Positions 37,891 through 52,275 of a DNA stretch of 64,000 nucleotides are shown here, in pieces. The notes under the pieces were generated by a model that saw only the letters and a list, made by a program, of their open reading frames with translations, had not been told where the DNA came from and made no database searches. The stretch is from Podarcis cretensis. Taxonomy: Eukaryota. The stretch lies in the NCBI GenBank assembly GCA_951804945.1, contig OX638152.1, forward strand, positions 43,772,001 to 43,836,000. Direction: 5' to 3'. Positions within the stretch are counted from its first letter, which is position 1. Each line of letters opens with the position of its first letter. Position numbers and translations under genes: made by a program.

Positions 37891-40218
37891 AATTTTCCAT
37901 TTGAGAAAGAATGTAGTTGTAAATCCTTTAAACTAAGTTTTAAATCCCCTATAAAAGTTTAAATCCTATTTCACCCTAGGGAATGCATGCCATGCAAGAA
38001 TGGGTTAAGTAGGGTTGCCATTATAAATTAGCTCAAGGAAAAAGCACTAAATATACAGTATAGGGGGCAATTTTATCCAAGCGCAGAAGCTGAGGAAAGG
38101 TGGATAAGATTGCTATAGGCCAGGGCATTCTTTCCTATTCTTCAAGGATTCTCTTTCACGTGGCTTTGCTACTAACCATAAATGCTAACTAAGTGCCTAT
38201 TAAGGGAGCAGATTGCTTTAGCCATTTGGATAGTCATCTCACAGCCTGCTCCAAAGTATGTGGTGGCCATGAAACTGGTTTGCCTATTCCAAGGGTGGGC
38301 TGTGGGCCCACTGGCTCAGAAGAAGCAGCCTGCAGTTTGGCCAGGAGGGGGGGGGGGAGGCAATTTCATTTAAAAAGACTGAATGGATCAGACTATGGTC
38401 CATTTAGCCCAGCCTCTCATTCCCACAGTGGCCAACCAGATGACTTGTAAAGTTCATAAGCAGAGCTCAAATGCAATAGCCCTCCCCAAACTAGGGGAGG
38501 CAAAATACAATTCCAAGTACAACCCTTAGCAGTTCCCATTAAATTGGTGTCTGGTAAGAAGACTGGGACAGATCTCTGCTCAGGAATGTAAAGTGGGTAG
38601 TCGTGTTCTAAGCAGGACCGATTGACTCAGCATAAGACACCTTTAGATGTCTAATATATATTCAGTATGTGCTGCTGCTTTCAGAGGGCAGGGGCCAAAG
38701 CTCAGTGCTTTAGTTCAATTCCTGCTATCTCCAGTTAAGAGAGTTAAATAAGGGGTGAAGGCAAATACATCTGCTTGAGACCTTGGAGAGCAGACAATAC
38801 TCAAGAAGGTGGGCATTCATCTGACCTTGAATAAGGTAGCTTCCTATATACTTATGACATGGATGTTCCTGTGAATCTGGTAGTGTGCTGTTTGCTTATT
38901 TATGATCCCCTACCATATTTGCTCAACTGTCATACCTGCACAGCTCAGGCAGCAGGGAGGGAAAGGCGGGAACTGCAGGAGCAGCTGAAAGTGGCAGAAT
39001 CATCTAATTGGTGGTGAAGCAAGAATCCAAGAATTTAATGAAAGAATGTATTTAGAACAAAAGTGTGCAAACTGTACAACTCCTCTCTTACATCCCCAAC
39101 TGCATTTCATTAGCATTAACATGGCTCTCAATTAATCTCAGTAATTTGTAACAGCTATTCTGATGCACCCACTTGAGTGCTGTATTATCTTGATACTGCT
39201 GACATTTGCATGTCTTGGGGGGTGGGGGAGGAAGAGATATTTATGGTCCTTCAAATATGCTGAGCCTTTCCCATTCTTTGTTTTCCCTGTTTTAAGAAGA
39301 AACAATTTCTCACAGTTTTCTTACTACAGCTGTTTATGAATAAAGAAGGAAACAAAGGCCTTGATCCAGAAATGGGACTTATGAGCTTCTGTGTTCGCAA
39401 CAGGACTGCTGTCTTTCATCTGACCTATGCCTACCCCCTACTTTTCTTGACTACATTGCAAATGACTTTTGTAATGTGAGAATAATTAAAAGACACCCCT
39501 GTGCTATTTTGAATGAGGGGTGGCTACAGTTCAGGTAAGGCAAGAAGCCATGACACAGTGGCAAATAACCTCTTATCACCAGCTGCACCCCAAAACACTC
39601 TACATGCTTTAAATTGAATTATTTCCTCACTCTTACTTCTTGATGTTTAAAGCCCATATTTTTAAAGGCTGTATTTTCCTTACATAGGAATGATTCATTT
39701 ATCAATATTCATTAACAAAAAGCTTCACTAATCCTCAAAGATAAATGCTAAAAACCTAAGAATAGCATAAAAACAGCACACCAGTTGAGTCAAGAATGAG
39801 ATCAAGCTGGGCTGAGTGTCAGATCAAAAGGATAAATCAGTAACATGCTGAGTTCAGGCAAGGTGGTCAACTGCTAGGAGATCTGGAAATTAGCCAGCAG
39901 TCAAGGAACCAGAGGAGCAGTACAGCCAGGAACAGCGTCCAAAGTTTAAAAAGCAAAATGAAAGCCAGAACAGAGCAAGATGAGAGAAAAACAAATAGCC
40001 AGTAGCTTGCGAAGTCTGGGGCAGCAACAGTCAAGGAAGATACTTTGCAACTTTCTGTTGATGATTACTAGGTGTCTGCTTACTCAAGGCCAAAAAAAAG
40101 ATTTGCATCCCCCAAAAGAGGAAAAAATACACTGATTTGCATACTATATATGTACAGATGCACATTTAAATAAGGATAATTTAAATATGAATACAAAGCT
40201 AAAGACAAAGGCTCTCAT

Positions 40219-40473
40219 GAAGAAGAAGAAGAGGAGTTTGGATTTGATATCCCGCCTTTCACTCCCTTTAAGGAGTCTCAAAGCAGCTAACATTCTCCTT
40301 TCCCTTCCTTCCCCACAACAAACACTCTGTGAGGTGAATGGGGCTGAGAGACTTCAAAGAAGTGTGACTGGCCCAAGGTCACCCAGCAGCTGCATGTGGA
40401 GGAGCAGAGACGTGAACCCGGTTCCCCAGATTACGAGACTACCGCTCTTAACCACTACACCACACTGGCTCTC
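40219..40473 (-). mobile_element. tRNA-derived CORE SINE (MIR/Ther1-related, Squam3-like) with (CTT)n tail
   Basis: Minus head GAGAGCCAGTGTGGTGTAGTGGTTAAGAGC (A-box), CORE-like gtgactggcccaaggtcacccagcagct, and (GAA)n on the plus strand. The sequence ggctctcat is repeated at both ends. Confidence 0.88.
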
Positions 40474-43400
40474 ATAACCAAAGAACTGAGGTAGGCCCAC
40501 ACATAAAGAATTGCCACAAACTGGGTTTACAGTACTTTCCCTCCCCCAGCCACCAGTGTTTGTTCACTTGAGTTCATTTCTTTCTCCTTACCTCCCATAC
40601 AAACATATACACAACATTCATCCATCCCCTCTGTCTGTCTGTCTCTCTCTCTCTTCCTGCCCCCGCCCCCGGCTCACTTTCTTGTGGCCTGAATGGTGGA
40701 CAAGATGTTGGAAGATGGAAATGGGAGGACTTCCTCCTTCAAGAAGTATTAACCATTTTTCTGCTTCCAAATTATTTTCTTCCTTTCCTTGATGATCTAG
40801 AAACTGTTGGAAGTTCCGTGCGGTACTTGTTACATTTGTAGTTTAGAAAGGAAAGGTAAGATAGAGGAAGAAAACACTCTAGCATCCAGACTGGAATTTG
40901 GAAAGAACCTTAAAATGATGGGCCATCTGGGACAAAAGAGGACTCCTAGCCAACTGATGGAGTGGTGCTGCCCTTTTTGTGAATGCAAAAACACACTAGC
41001 TAAAAGGGAATGGGAGGTGGCATTCTTCTGGGACCTGGATGCCACAATCAAGAAATAACCAGCAATCTATAATCTGGAGTACTTCTAAGATGCTATGCAT
41101 CACCTAAAGAAAATTGTCTACCTCATACAAAACATAAAGGGAACAGATAAGCTTACAGGAAGTTTCTTTTTTTGTGGGGCAGGGGGAGACAGAGACTTTA
41201 CATATCAAGAGAACGCCAAAAATGCTTGGTCAAATAACTGTTTGAATCACCCTCACTAAGCTCATCTTGACTGCTAGTAGAAGATGCAAATCTGAATCAT
41301 TCTGCCTCCCCACATTTCACCATTTTTTTAAAAAAACTGAAAACTTTGATATTCCTACCATCTCATATATATTATGTTGCAATACAATCACTATATGTTG
41401 AAGCAATGTTACCAGTTAAACAGCTATCAGAGTCATGGAGCCTCTGCAATAAACAAATATTCTGTTTGTACCTCCAATAAATTATTTGATGCTGTAGACT
41501 GAGAACTAGAAGTGCAATAAAACCAGCTCAGAACCCTTCAGCCACAACTTTATTTTTGTAGCACTCTGTTCCAAAACATTCCATTTTGCTTATTTCTTAC
41601 TTTTCTTCTTCTTTTTGCAGCTACCTCTACTCAGATATCATTCTGAGTATACATTTACATTTTTCTTTAAGAGTCTTGCACCCTTTCCAGAACTGAAAGG
41701 CTGTAATTATTTTTCATCATTGGAATTAAATTGTGGGAGATTTCAGAAACAAAGAATAATGATAAAGTTATTAGGAGCTAAAAGCAATTGGTTTAATGGC
41801 TTTTAGCTCTTAATAAGCTTGTTACATTTAACACATTTCCATGCTAATAGTTGCTGTTCAGTTACCACAGCTGTTTCCTACGTGTTGTCATGATTTTTCT
41901 TGCCTACTCATGTCATGAGATTCTGTTGTCTTCTTTGCCCATTCCTAAAGAAAGCTTTGCTGAGAACCGAGTAGCTGCGAAGAATAGCATCTGGCATTAC
42001 TAAAAGAAACAGGAGGTATTTCAATAAGCAGGGCTGCTAGTAAATGAAAAGTAACAGGCATCTCAACTCGTATATAATTCCAGGATTTTTTTTTGCTCTG
42101 TTTAACAAAAAAAAATTCCACAATGTAAAGCCACTAGAGGCAACAGATCCCAAGCCATGTAAAGAGGCAACAGAAAATAATTTAATCCCACTTGAGAAGG
42201 GGGGGGGGGGACGACCAACTAACGTTTTAACAGTGCAATCCTAACTATATCTATTCAGAAGTCAGTTCTAATGAATTCAGTGAGTGAGTGGGGACTGAAG
42301 TCTCACTCTGTTGTTCCATGGAACTCGATGAGACTACAACACTGGAAACAGAAACTGAATAGTTGTATATGTTATAAAGCTCCTCAGAATGGAATTGGTT
42401 TTATAAAGAACTGCAGTTAACTTTAATTGTTTATTATGTTTTCAACTTTAGACTACAATCACTAATTTGTTCCTTATCCCAATACTCTTACATGCTAAAG
42501 ATTAAACTTGAATGTGAGAACTCTCTTATGCATAGTTTTTGAGGATAAAATTTTTATTTGAAGGCCTGATTTAAAAAGGGCAAAATATTATCTTCTCCTA
42601 GGAAGATATAGTATAGAAAATGGAAGGCCTCATTCAATTGCTTTATTGTTGTTATTAAGTATTACTGTCGCTCAAATTACTAAACACACACAAAGTAATA
42701 ATACATTCATTCAAATAAAAAACTAGAAAAAAAACCAAAAATAATTCCTGAAACCCATTCCAGGTGTACAACAGCAGTACCGCACTTAATAAAGAAAAGT
42801 ATAGATCTTTAACCTGACTCCAAGTTATCTGTTATTGCAGACAAATTTCACTTGCGCATTCTACACATGCCTCATTAAATTCAGCAGGGCTTGCTCCTAG
42901 ATAAGGGTGTACAGTATATGATTGTAGCCTTGAGAATGGAACCTTGTCGGTAATGTAGAAAGAAGTATTTGGAGGGGACCAACTTTAACAGCAAAAGTGT
43001 CATGTGGATCCCTTACTTTCTTTTCCTGTGTTTTTTACCCAGCCACGATCACTTCCAGTTATTGGAGTATAAAGACTTCGGCTCTGAAACTTCAGCTTCT
43101 TGAGTATAGCTGCCTTGACCCATGAAACTGCCATGTGTTTGGACAGGATTTTAATAGATCCTTGGCTCAGACTGTCTTTCTTTTTACTGTTGTTAATTTG
43201 GTTCATGGGTCAAAGGTTCTGTATGGCTGTCCTACAAAATGATCTAATTTAGCATGTTTATTGTATTTGTAATTAGTAAACAAAGCTAAAAAGCTAAATA
43301 TTGCCCAATATTGTATTTAGAATTGACATAATCAGTTCATTGTAACTAATAAACTTCTGAATCATAAACTGTTCAACAGAAAAATAAAACGCTGAATTTT

Positions 43401-43612
43401 TTTTGGGGGGGGGGCACATCATTGTCTACAACAGCTAGGAATTTTTTTTTAAAAAAATGAAATCTGGAAATCTGGGGATTATGGCTCATTGGGGGAAGCA
43501 ACTGTTCCTCTTGATTCTCCCCTATGAACACCTATCACTGTCACCTTGGGCCAACTGCTGTCAGCCAAAATTACTGCAACTTCATGTATACCACCCTGAG
43601 CTCTCCTTGGAG

Positions 43613-43738
43613 CAGTGGTTCTCAACCTGTGGGTCCCCAGATGTTGTTGGACTACAACTCCCATCATCCCTGGGGTGATGGGACTGATGGGAGTTGTAGT
43701 TCAACAACATCTGGGGACCCACAGGTTGGGAAAGGCTG
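43613..43738. mobile_element. hAT-type palindromic MITE
   Basis: Arms caacctgtgggtccccagatgttgtt / aacaacatctggggacccacaggttg, CAG...CTG ends, and flanks ccttggag / ccttggaa. Confidence 0.9.
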
Positions 43739-46700
43739 CCTTGGAAGAAGGGCATGACATAGAAACAAAAGATACATAAAAGTGGCACAATCTCTAACAA
43801 TCAGCTGAGTAATACCTACTTACTACATGAATAGCTGTTGCTTGTTCGATGCCAATGATAGCATTTTGAAGGGAGGATATGATAATACCAAATGCAAGCT
43901 GTGGGAAAAGGATATGACAAATGTGCTCATTTTGTTTCCCTCTTCTGAAAGGTTGAATGCTTAAAAGATCTTTGATTATATTTTCATGGTTTCTAAGTTC
44001 TAGGGTTAAATGGTGCACAGGTGACATTGCCTTATAGTCTTTGTTAGTTCTAAGATACAGACCTTTAAAACCATATTTTTGTCTTCCATAATTTCAAGGG
44101 AAAGAAAAAAATGCATTTCAATGATGTATCACATGTTAGTACTTAAGAGGCTGCATTTAGATTTTTCTTCCTTCACACTGTATTTTTTTCTGCACCATTT
44201 TTGGAGCAAACATTGCAGGAAAAGCAGTTGAGTCTTAAGAAAGCTCTTTACTGAACAGAGCCCATTAAGCCATCTGATCACTTTACAGACAACTCGAAGA
44301 GAAGTTCTTAGGTACTATAGTGAGAGTTTTACTGTGAAGTGTAATTTATAAATGGGCTCTAATGCTTCTCCCTGTTTCTTTCCATGACACTTTTTATGAC
44401 ACCAATTTTGCTGCTTTGTAGGGAAAAAGGGATTCCCAAACGGAAAATGAAAATCTAGTTGCATGACAGCAAATCTATTAACTGCAACTTGAAATTGAAT
44501 ATATTATTATAGTATGTGTTTACACCTTAGCAGAAATGATGCATTTTTATAAGTATAACTCTCTGTATAATGCTACATTACCAATTCCAAGCCTTAAATG
44601 TATTGTAGTATTTGTGAATAGGGATACTAAGCTAACATTTATACTGTCCTTCAAAATAATTGGCTTTTTGTTACAAGGCACCTATCTGAGAAGGTTTTCC
44701 AAGTATATTCCCTCAATGGAGTCATATTCATTCTCAGGTGTGACTTTTGTAGGACTTCAGAATGTGTAATTGAACATACACCATATTGCTGATGCACAAT
44801 TAGTAAAGTCAGCATTGACTACAATGGGACAAGTAGTCTCTTCAAAGCTATCTAGCTTCAAAGGAAATTTCACACAGCAGGCAGCTGGAAAGATTTAAAA
44901 AAATTATGGTAGCAGTCAACAAAAAATCAGATGTTAAAACTATCTAAAATTAAAATTGAGTACAATAATATACAGAAAACTTGTCATATTTTATTTTGTC
45001 AAATCTCTGGGCATATATCCCAGTCTGCTTCATTTATTTGCATACTGCAGTACTTAAATTGATCCATGTCAGCTTTGATAGAAATCTTAGCTCAAATAGC
45101 AATTATAGTCTTTGTTTTGCATGTAATTAGGACAGCTATGGAGAATGAGTAAAAAAAAAAAAGCTCTTTACATTGTTCCTATTTACTCAGCTATGTTTCA
45201 GAAAGACATATAGAAAAATAAACTGAAAGTTCTATTTGTTAATACTTTGTTGATAGTCCAAGTAATTGAGCCAGAGTCTTTAACACAAATGATTCTTTGT
45301 AGCTTTTTAGTCTGTTTGTTCCAACCGATGTACAGCTTGTATGCATTATATGAATCTGATGTCATCAATACAAACAAATTTTACCCACAATTTTACCTCA
45401 AACCTTTGCCTGATGGTCTTGGGTATAGATGCTTGGCAAGTATTTTTGTTTTAATGTTTACTGGAATCTGTCAATCATCTGTCAATTATATCAAGAAATA
45501 AGCTTCTTCTGTTTATATTATGTCTACTAATATCTCCTACAGTTATATGAATATGGTAAATGTTTACCCTGATAAATAGTGTAATGGGAGCATGTGACCT
45601 ACATATTAGCCTTTGATTCACATATTCATTCAAACCTCATGGAGAAACTAAAGTTTCACTCTGTTCCCAACTTTTGGAACCTCTGCCTCTGAGCACAATC
45701 CTGTGTTGTGTTTACTCCAAATCAAGTTGTCCAGTAGGCATACTTCCAGGTAAGTGGATTATATTCTCTGAAATATAATCCAAATTCTTGAAGAGAGAGA
45801 GCTTACATATTCTTTAAACCCCAATTCTGACTCTTATGTTTTGAAAATGAATATCAAAAGGCTTTATCTGAATTTCTTTTCCAGATATTACTACCCATCC
45901 TTTCCAAGCAGAAGTTAGCAGTGACTTCCTGGAGTCTTTCAGGATAGCCATTAAGATCTTTAGATATCTCATCTTAAGTTTATGTGCCTCATTCATATTT
46001 CACACTGCTAGAGCAAGGAAACCAAGTGCCTCACCTTGGCAAAGAGTACTAAGGCTCACAGCATCCAATTAATTTCTTTCTCCACAAAGAAACTGGAGTA
46101 GCTTACCTGTAACTGGTCTGGGAGATGGTCCACAGTGTCACACATATGGATGACTAGGAAGTGCTTCCTGCAAGGAGGGAGGGCAGGAGCACATGCTAAG
46201 TTGCCAGCCATGCAACCCAGGAAATACTTATCAGTCATCATAGGTTCTCACCTGACTCAACCTAATGTATCATGGAAACCATCCTAGTTAATCTCTAAAA
46301 TCCTAACATTATACTAGGGGGAACACTTTCTGAATGTCTGTGTAATCATGACACAGATACACTGAGACAAATTTATGCCTTGCTTGCAACTGTATTTGTT
46401 CTACAAGTTTTCATTTTATGTTACAGAGTTGGTCACATAACTACCTTGAGAAGGAACTTCAGTGACTAGAACACACAAAACAAGGAGCAGCTGATAGCCA
46501 AAGACAATAGGCCTTTTTGCTAGTAGTCATGTATTATGAAGAAAAGAGAAGGTCAAATGTTAACCACTCTCTCTTTATGCAGGCTGATTTCTCCTTTCAC
46601 CACACCATCTACATTTGATAACATCTCTACCCACAGCAGATTCATTTCTTTATAATCAGGGTTAGTTATTTGATCCTTAAAAATCACCTCACTAAAGGGG

Positions 46701-49700
46701 GCTTCTTAAGAGTTGTATCCAATGTTAGTCATACTCATCATAGACCCACTGAAGTTAATGGACATGATTGACATAGGGCCATAAATTTCACTAGGTCTAC
46801 CCTGTGTAGAACTTTCCTGGATTCAAACATACACATTGTGGTTAGTTGTAAAGGGCACATAATTTTATTCTACTTCTATATTTTGCTTTAATTTTAAAAG
46901 TGCATAAACCACTCCATGTCAAAAATGAATTTCTGGGTAGTATCCAGATAAATTTAAAATTACAAAACAAACCAACAATATGTTTTAACCAGCAAAAAAT
47001 ACCATAATCTAAAATACCCTGACAAAACAAAAGGTTTTAACTTAGTGCTAAAAATAAGCATGCCTTCCTCAAGTGCTTATTCTACAATAGGTGAACCAGC
47101 AAAGTGAAGGCTGTCCCTTCTGTACATACATAGTTTGCTTTTCCTAAAGATGGAGCATAGAAAAATTGACTCTTCCGATTACCATAGCAGAATTTATACA
47201 GGAGAAATATAGGCAAATAGTATAAAAATCAGAGGAGGCCTCCCTTGCTTTGAAATGGAGAAAATAGGATTTACACAATGGCAAGGCCTTCACACATAAA
47301 GTATATATTTGTACTTAAGCACAAAATTTAGCATGAAAAATGGTCCAAGTTCTTCTGATGCTTTGGTTTTAATGATGCTCTATAAACACAAAAGGAATGT
47401 TTTGTGAAAAGGTTTGTTGACTTTTTGAGTGTCTATTCAAATAGACAGACATGTGAACATTGTTCCCTAGTTCCAGTTTCTTCAAAATATGAGATTTTGC
47501 AAGATTACATTATTCATACACCCAAGCCATATGGACATTCCATTTGAAGACAGTAGCTGATAAGCTACTTTTCTCACACTGAAATCCTTCAAGTCCACAA
47601 CTCTACTTGTTTCAAGATACTTAAAAGTAAGCTAAGATATTGTGAATGTGTCCATCTCAAAATAGATAAATTTCACCTTATATTTTGTTTGCATATTCCA
47701 TAGAAGTTAACAAGAGCAAATATTATATTTCCTTAAAGTAGCATATCTTCTATATTAACAGAATCAATTACAGAAAGATTTCTATACCTTGTATGATGAG
47801 CGCATTTTTTATAAATTATATGTTGTGTGAAAATAGCACATCCCTCTGAGATAGTCTTAAACACAACATGAGGTGGGAGCCTTGCTAAAAAAAGCAGAAT
47901 TTCCACACTCGGAGGATTGTTCAGTTTCCAGTATTTTTTTAGTATGCTGAATACTTTAGATTGCACTGTTCAGTGTGGATTGCAAAGTGTGGTACTGATC
48001 CAAAAAGTCCAGAAAGTTTTTGTAATGCATCCTTTTGTCTGCGTTGACATGTCTTTTGGATGAGGCACCATAAGGAAAAGCACCCACTACAGTGTCATGG
48101 CTGTTGCACTCATGTAATGCTACACGTGAAATTTTTGTTTTACCTGTCATCTTTTTTCCCAGTTACTTTTATTGATACAACAACATCATTCACTATGTAT
48201 TTTAGAGAGTGGTTTATCAGTCTGTTTGTCCATTTGTTCTCTATAAGTTCAGCTGCCTCTTGAGATATCGTTGCCAAACTCAGCCACCATTTGGAATCAA
48301 AGTGCAGGACTGAATTGTCACCTTTTTTTTTTTTTTTTTGCATAGGTTTGACTGCCTCTCAATATATTATTGCCAAGCTCAGCGCAAGCACTCTCAAGGT
48401 GGGGGTGGCAGATGCTGTTACAATTTAGACACCAGGCAACCTTTTGAATCAAGATGGTAGACCCAAATGTCAATTTCACATGACTTCACCTATTTTTTGG
48501 CATGCATTTGATGGCAAACTTGGCATGAGGGTTTCTGAGGTGAGGATGGCAGTCTTCACTGATGTTTGAATGTGACTTTGGCATGACTTCACCTGATTTT
48601 TTGTGTGACGGGTCCAAACACAAATTGCACTATCCATTTAAAATCAAAATATATCTTTGGTTTCTAAAAATTCCTGGACAGGGTTGGACACTCACTGCTA
48701 GTATAATATATATGGCATAATTCGTTTAGAAATGTGTGTTGCCTCTGGGAAGGTTAATAAATATTGCGGTACATATATATTTGCTCCTGTAGCTACTATT
48801 CTTGTAAGATCTCATATTCTGTTCATCAAGCTGATTACATTTCTACATATGTGCTGAATCTGTTTCTGAGCATTAGGTAGGAAAGGTACAGGGTTCTTTA
48901 AAAGTCACAAAGGGATTAGATTGAAACACATATTCCAAATCATTTAAATCAAGCAGAATCCAAGAAGACAAGACTTTCTGACTTACTTTGTATTACTTGA
49001 CACAAATAATAAAACTTGAGCTTTAAAAAGACAAAGAAGAGAAAAGCCACCTATCTGATGTCAAGTAACCATTAGTCAGCCCAAGTACTGCTTCTGAATA
49101 AGACATATAGACAAAGGAAAATCTTAACTCTTGTCTGACACCTGTCAAATATAAGGTCTGTCTGGCTATGAGTTCTGTGCACAGTGGCAGGAAAATTATT
49201 TCTTTAAAGTGTGGCATCTGCTACAGAGGAAGAGGACTGAAAGAAGGAAGCTGCAGACTTTTTCTCTTCCTGGCAGGGTATTTTTACAGGCTCCTTTACC
49301 ACTTCTACACCATGTGCATCATTATTTTCCATTGAAATGTTACAGGTGTTAATTGATAAGGACTATGCATAGCGCATTTCGAGATCAAAATGTATTCCTT
49401 CAAACAGCCTGCTCTTGCATACTTTCAGTTACAGAACTACCATTTGCTTATCTGCCAAGCATCATTGCTTAGAAGCAGTGAAAAGAGGAAAAATATTTCA
49501 CACTTAAAAGGCTGCAGAAATTCTAATATGCACAATATCATGACAAGCATCATAACCAGAAAAACATCATATCCACGTTTAATCAGCACATCAATTTATC
49601 CTAAGTCAGACACGCCCTGACCTTAGACTTTGTAGGTCCTGACAGGGAAATTGGCATAAAAATGGGAGCCAGTGTGGGTTGCGCTTTCAAAATGACCCAA

Positions 49701-49840
49701 GGTGTGATGAGCATAATTTTATTCCAGGTAGCATTCTCTCAGCCTCCTAATTTTGTGCCAAATTCCTGAAGAATCAAAAAAGTCTATATATTCAAAAGGG
49801 GATTGTAAAGCCCACTGATTGTTCCAGCCTGCATATGTTT

Positions 49841-49902
49841 TTGCATTGCAGGGGGTTGGCTCTCAGGGTCCCTTCCCGCTCTACAAGTCTCTGATTCTAT
49901 GA
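49841..49902 (+). mobile_element. CR1-type 3' tail fragment
   Basis: ttgcattgcagggggttgg...ggtcccttccc...ctgattctatga. Confidence 0.65.
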
Positions 49903-50745
49903 TGCTGCCTTCACATTCCACCAGTTCACAGAAGCATCCAGGAGTATATGTTTCCACCAAGCTTATGTGGTGGTATTATTTGTGTGCAAAGACGCCTCTG
50001 TATGGGAACTGTATGCAGTGCCACATTTTCAATGTAAGTTGTGAAAATGTAGCTACAATTTTTTTGACTACACATAGATTGCACACAGGCTCTGCACGAT
50101 AAGGCTTCCCTCCCCATCCTCTCCAATGCAACACATGAAAAATCTTTCAGGGGAGTTGGGACCCTTCGAAAAGGCCACAGAGGGGATGAAGTGGGAGGAA
50201 ACACTGTGTGGGGACGTGGAGACAGGAAGCATGAGAGACAGAGAGACAAAGAGACGGAAAGAAAGAGCTGTGTCTGCTGAATTTCAGATTAAATATCATT
50301 AATTTCACATTAGTTTCACATTGTGGTCCAGTTCACATTGTCAATTTTGCCATTGTGCCGTGGTCCTGTATTTGTGTGAAGCAGATTCATGGTGACAGAT
50401 TTGGGAGCAACTTACACAAGAATAGTTCCCAGAATCTGCAACTGCTCAAACTAACATGATAGGACACACCACACACCAACTGGTTGGAGATTGGGTATGC
50501 ATTAACACTGGTGCTAGAAGCGGGATTCTGCTTCCTAAAAGGAGGACTGTGTGTCAAGGAGTGCCTGAGGTAAAACAGAAGGAAGAATGGTAAGATTCCT
50601 GGAGCAGATGAAGTTGATGTTCTAGCAGCAAACCTAAAAGCTAGCAGAATGTTACCAGCAGCAACACCAGTGGCTCTCTTAAGAACTGTGAAATTCACTG
50701 TGATGGTCTCCCACATGCAGCTGAAGAAGAGATTGGAGTCTCTAA

Positions 50746-51269
50746 GGTCCCATCTGCACTATACATTTAAAGAAATATCATGCCATTTTAAGTAAGCCTG
50801 GCTTCCCTCAAAGAATCCTGGGCACTAGAGTTTGTTAAGGGTACTGAAAGTTGTTAGGAAACCGCTAAAGGGGCTGATTGTTAAATCACTGTGGGAATTG
50901 TAGCTCTTTAAGGGGAATATGAGTCTCCTAACAACTGCCAGAACCCCTAGCAAATTACAGTTCCAAAAGTTCTATGACTGCTTAAAGTGGATTGATACTG
51001 CTTTAAATGTACAGTGGTACCTCGGGTTAAAATCTTCAGGTTACAGACGCTTCAGGTTACAGACTCCGCTAACCCAGAAATAGTACCTCAGGTTAAGAAC
51101 TTTGCTTCAGGATGAGAACAGAAATCGTGCGACAGCAGCATGGCGGCAGCGGGAGGCCCCATTAGCTAAAGTGGTACCTCAGGTTAAGAACAGTTTCAGG
51201 TTAAGAATGGACCTCCAGAACGAATTAAGTTATTAACCTGAGGTACCACTGTACAGTGCAAATGAGGCC
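50746..51269. mobile_element. PIF/Harbinger-type MITE, interrupted by a mariner MITE
   Basis: TAA on both flanks (50743-45 and 51270-72). The left TIR ggtcccatctgcactatacatttaaag matches the reconstituted right TIR ctttaaatgta/cagtgcaaatgaggcc. Confidence 0.85.
51012..51251. mobile_element. Tc1/mariner (Tigger-like) MITE
   Basis: TA|cagtggtacctcgggttaa ... ttaacctgaggtaccactg|TA, with the internal repeated motif caggttaagaa. Confidence 0.93.
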
Positions 51270-51832
51270 TAAGTGAGTAGATGAGAGCCTTATCTCAACA
51301 GCCACTACCCAGTAGCCCAGCTACAAAGCACTCAGACCAGAGTGGCCAAGAAGATACAGGGAGCAGATGGACAGCTGAAGTTCTTGGACCATGAAGAACT
51401 GCAGTGAGTAACAGAAAATTAAGACGCTTTGTCCAGAAGCCTGCCTGAGTGGAGAGGAGACCAGAAACCCAGGAAAGAAGCCTCAAGCTAGGAAAAACAA
51501 TGGGTTGGAAGGAGGAAGGGAGGCAGTGTCAGATAAGAGAGCTATAGGCTTGAAGAAATGAGATACTGCTGATTTGCACACTGCTTATGCACTAGCTATG
51601 GAAAAAAAGAGCAGCAGGAGAAGAAGAAGCTGGACATACATGTGTCAGGAACAGCCAGCTAGCACTTGAAGAATTGGTGTCACCACTAACAGACAAATGA
51701 CAGGCTAAACTCCAGTAGGCTAGAGACAAAGCAACAGCAGAGACAGAGATTACATAGAAAAACAGCTAAATTCCCCTAATATCATTTGTGTTCTAGAAGG
51801 GCTTCCTCTCCTAAAAAGAGTAAAGGTTTTTT

Positions 51833-52275
51833 TTGTTGGCATCTGTCTGTCTCGAGAGTCAATGGAATGTAACCCTGGGGATGAATTTAAACTGCTGGAG
51901 AATCACAGTGCCTGCTATGACTCCAGAGACCAAGAGCTCATAACCATGTTGGTTTTGCTGCATTCGCAGCCCAGAAGAGACTTCTCTGAGGTGCTAGCTT
52001 GAGCAGTGTGTATGGAGGTCCTAGGCGGCCCAGACAACAAGACCCCACACTCGGCCTGGCTGAAGTGGTCCAAAGAAAAGCAGAGCAGTATGTTTGGTAC
52101 CAGCTTGACTGCAGGAATTACCAGAAGGAGGCATACAAGAGGCCATCCAACCATCTTAGAGAATCCACTCTGGGTTTGTGAGGTGTTTACTCCATAGCCT
52201 TTTCTTTTCTCGAAGATATCCTGAAAGGCAGTGCTTATGGTTTATTCCTTTGGGTTTACTCCTGAAGCCTTTCTT
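51833..52275 (-). mobile_element. RTE-related short non-autonomous element
   Basis: The minus strand ends ...GLWSHSRHCDSPAV* then ccattgactctcgagacagacagatgccaacaa, homologous to 37250-37343. The upstream part is not recognisably ORF2. The 5' boundary is approximate. Confidence 0.7.
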
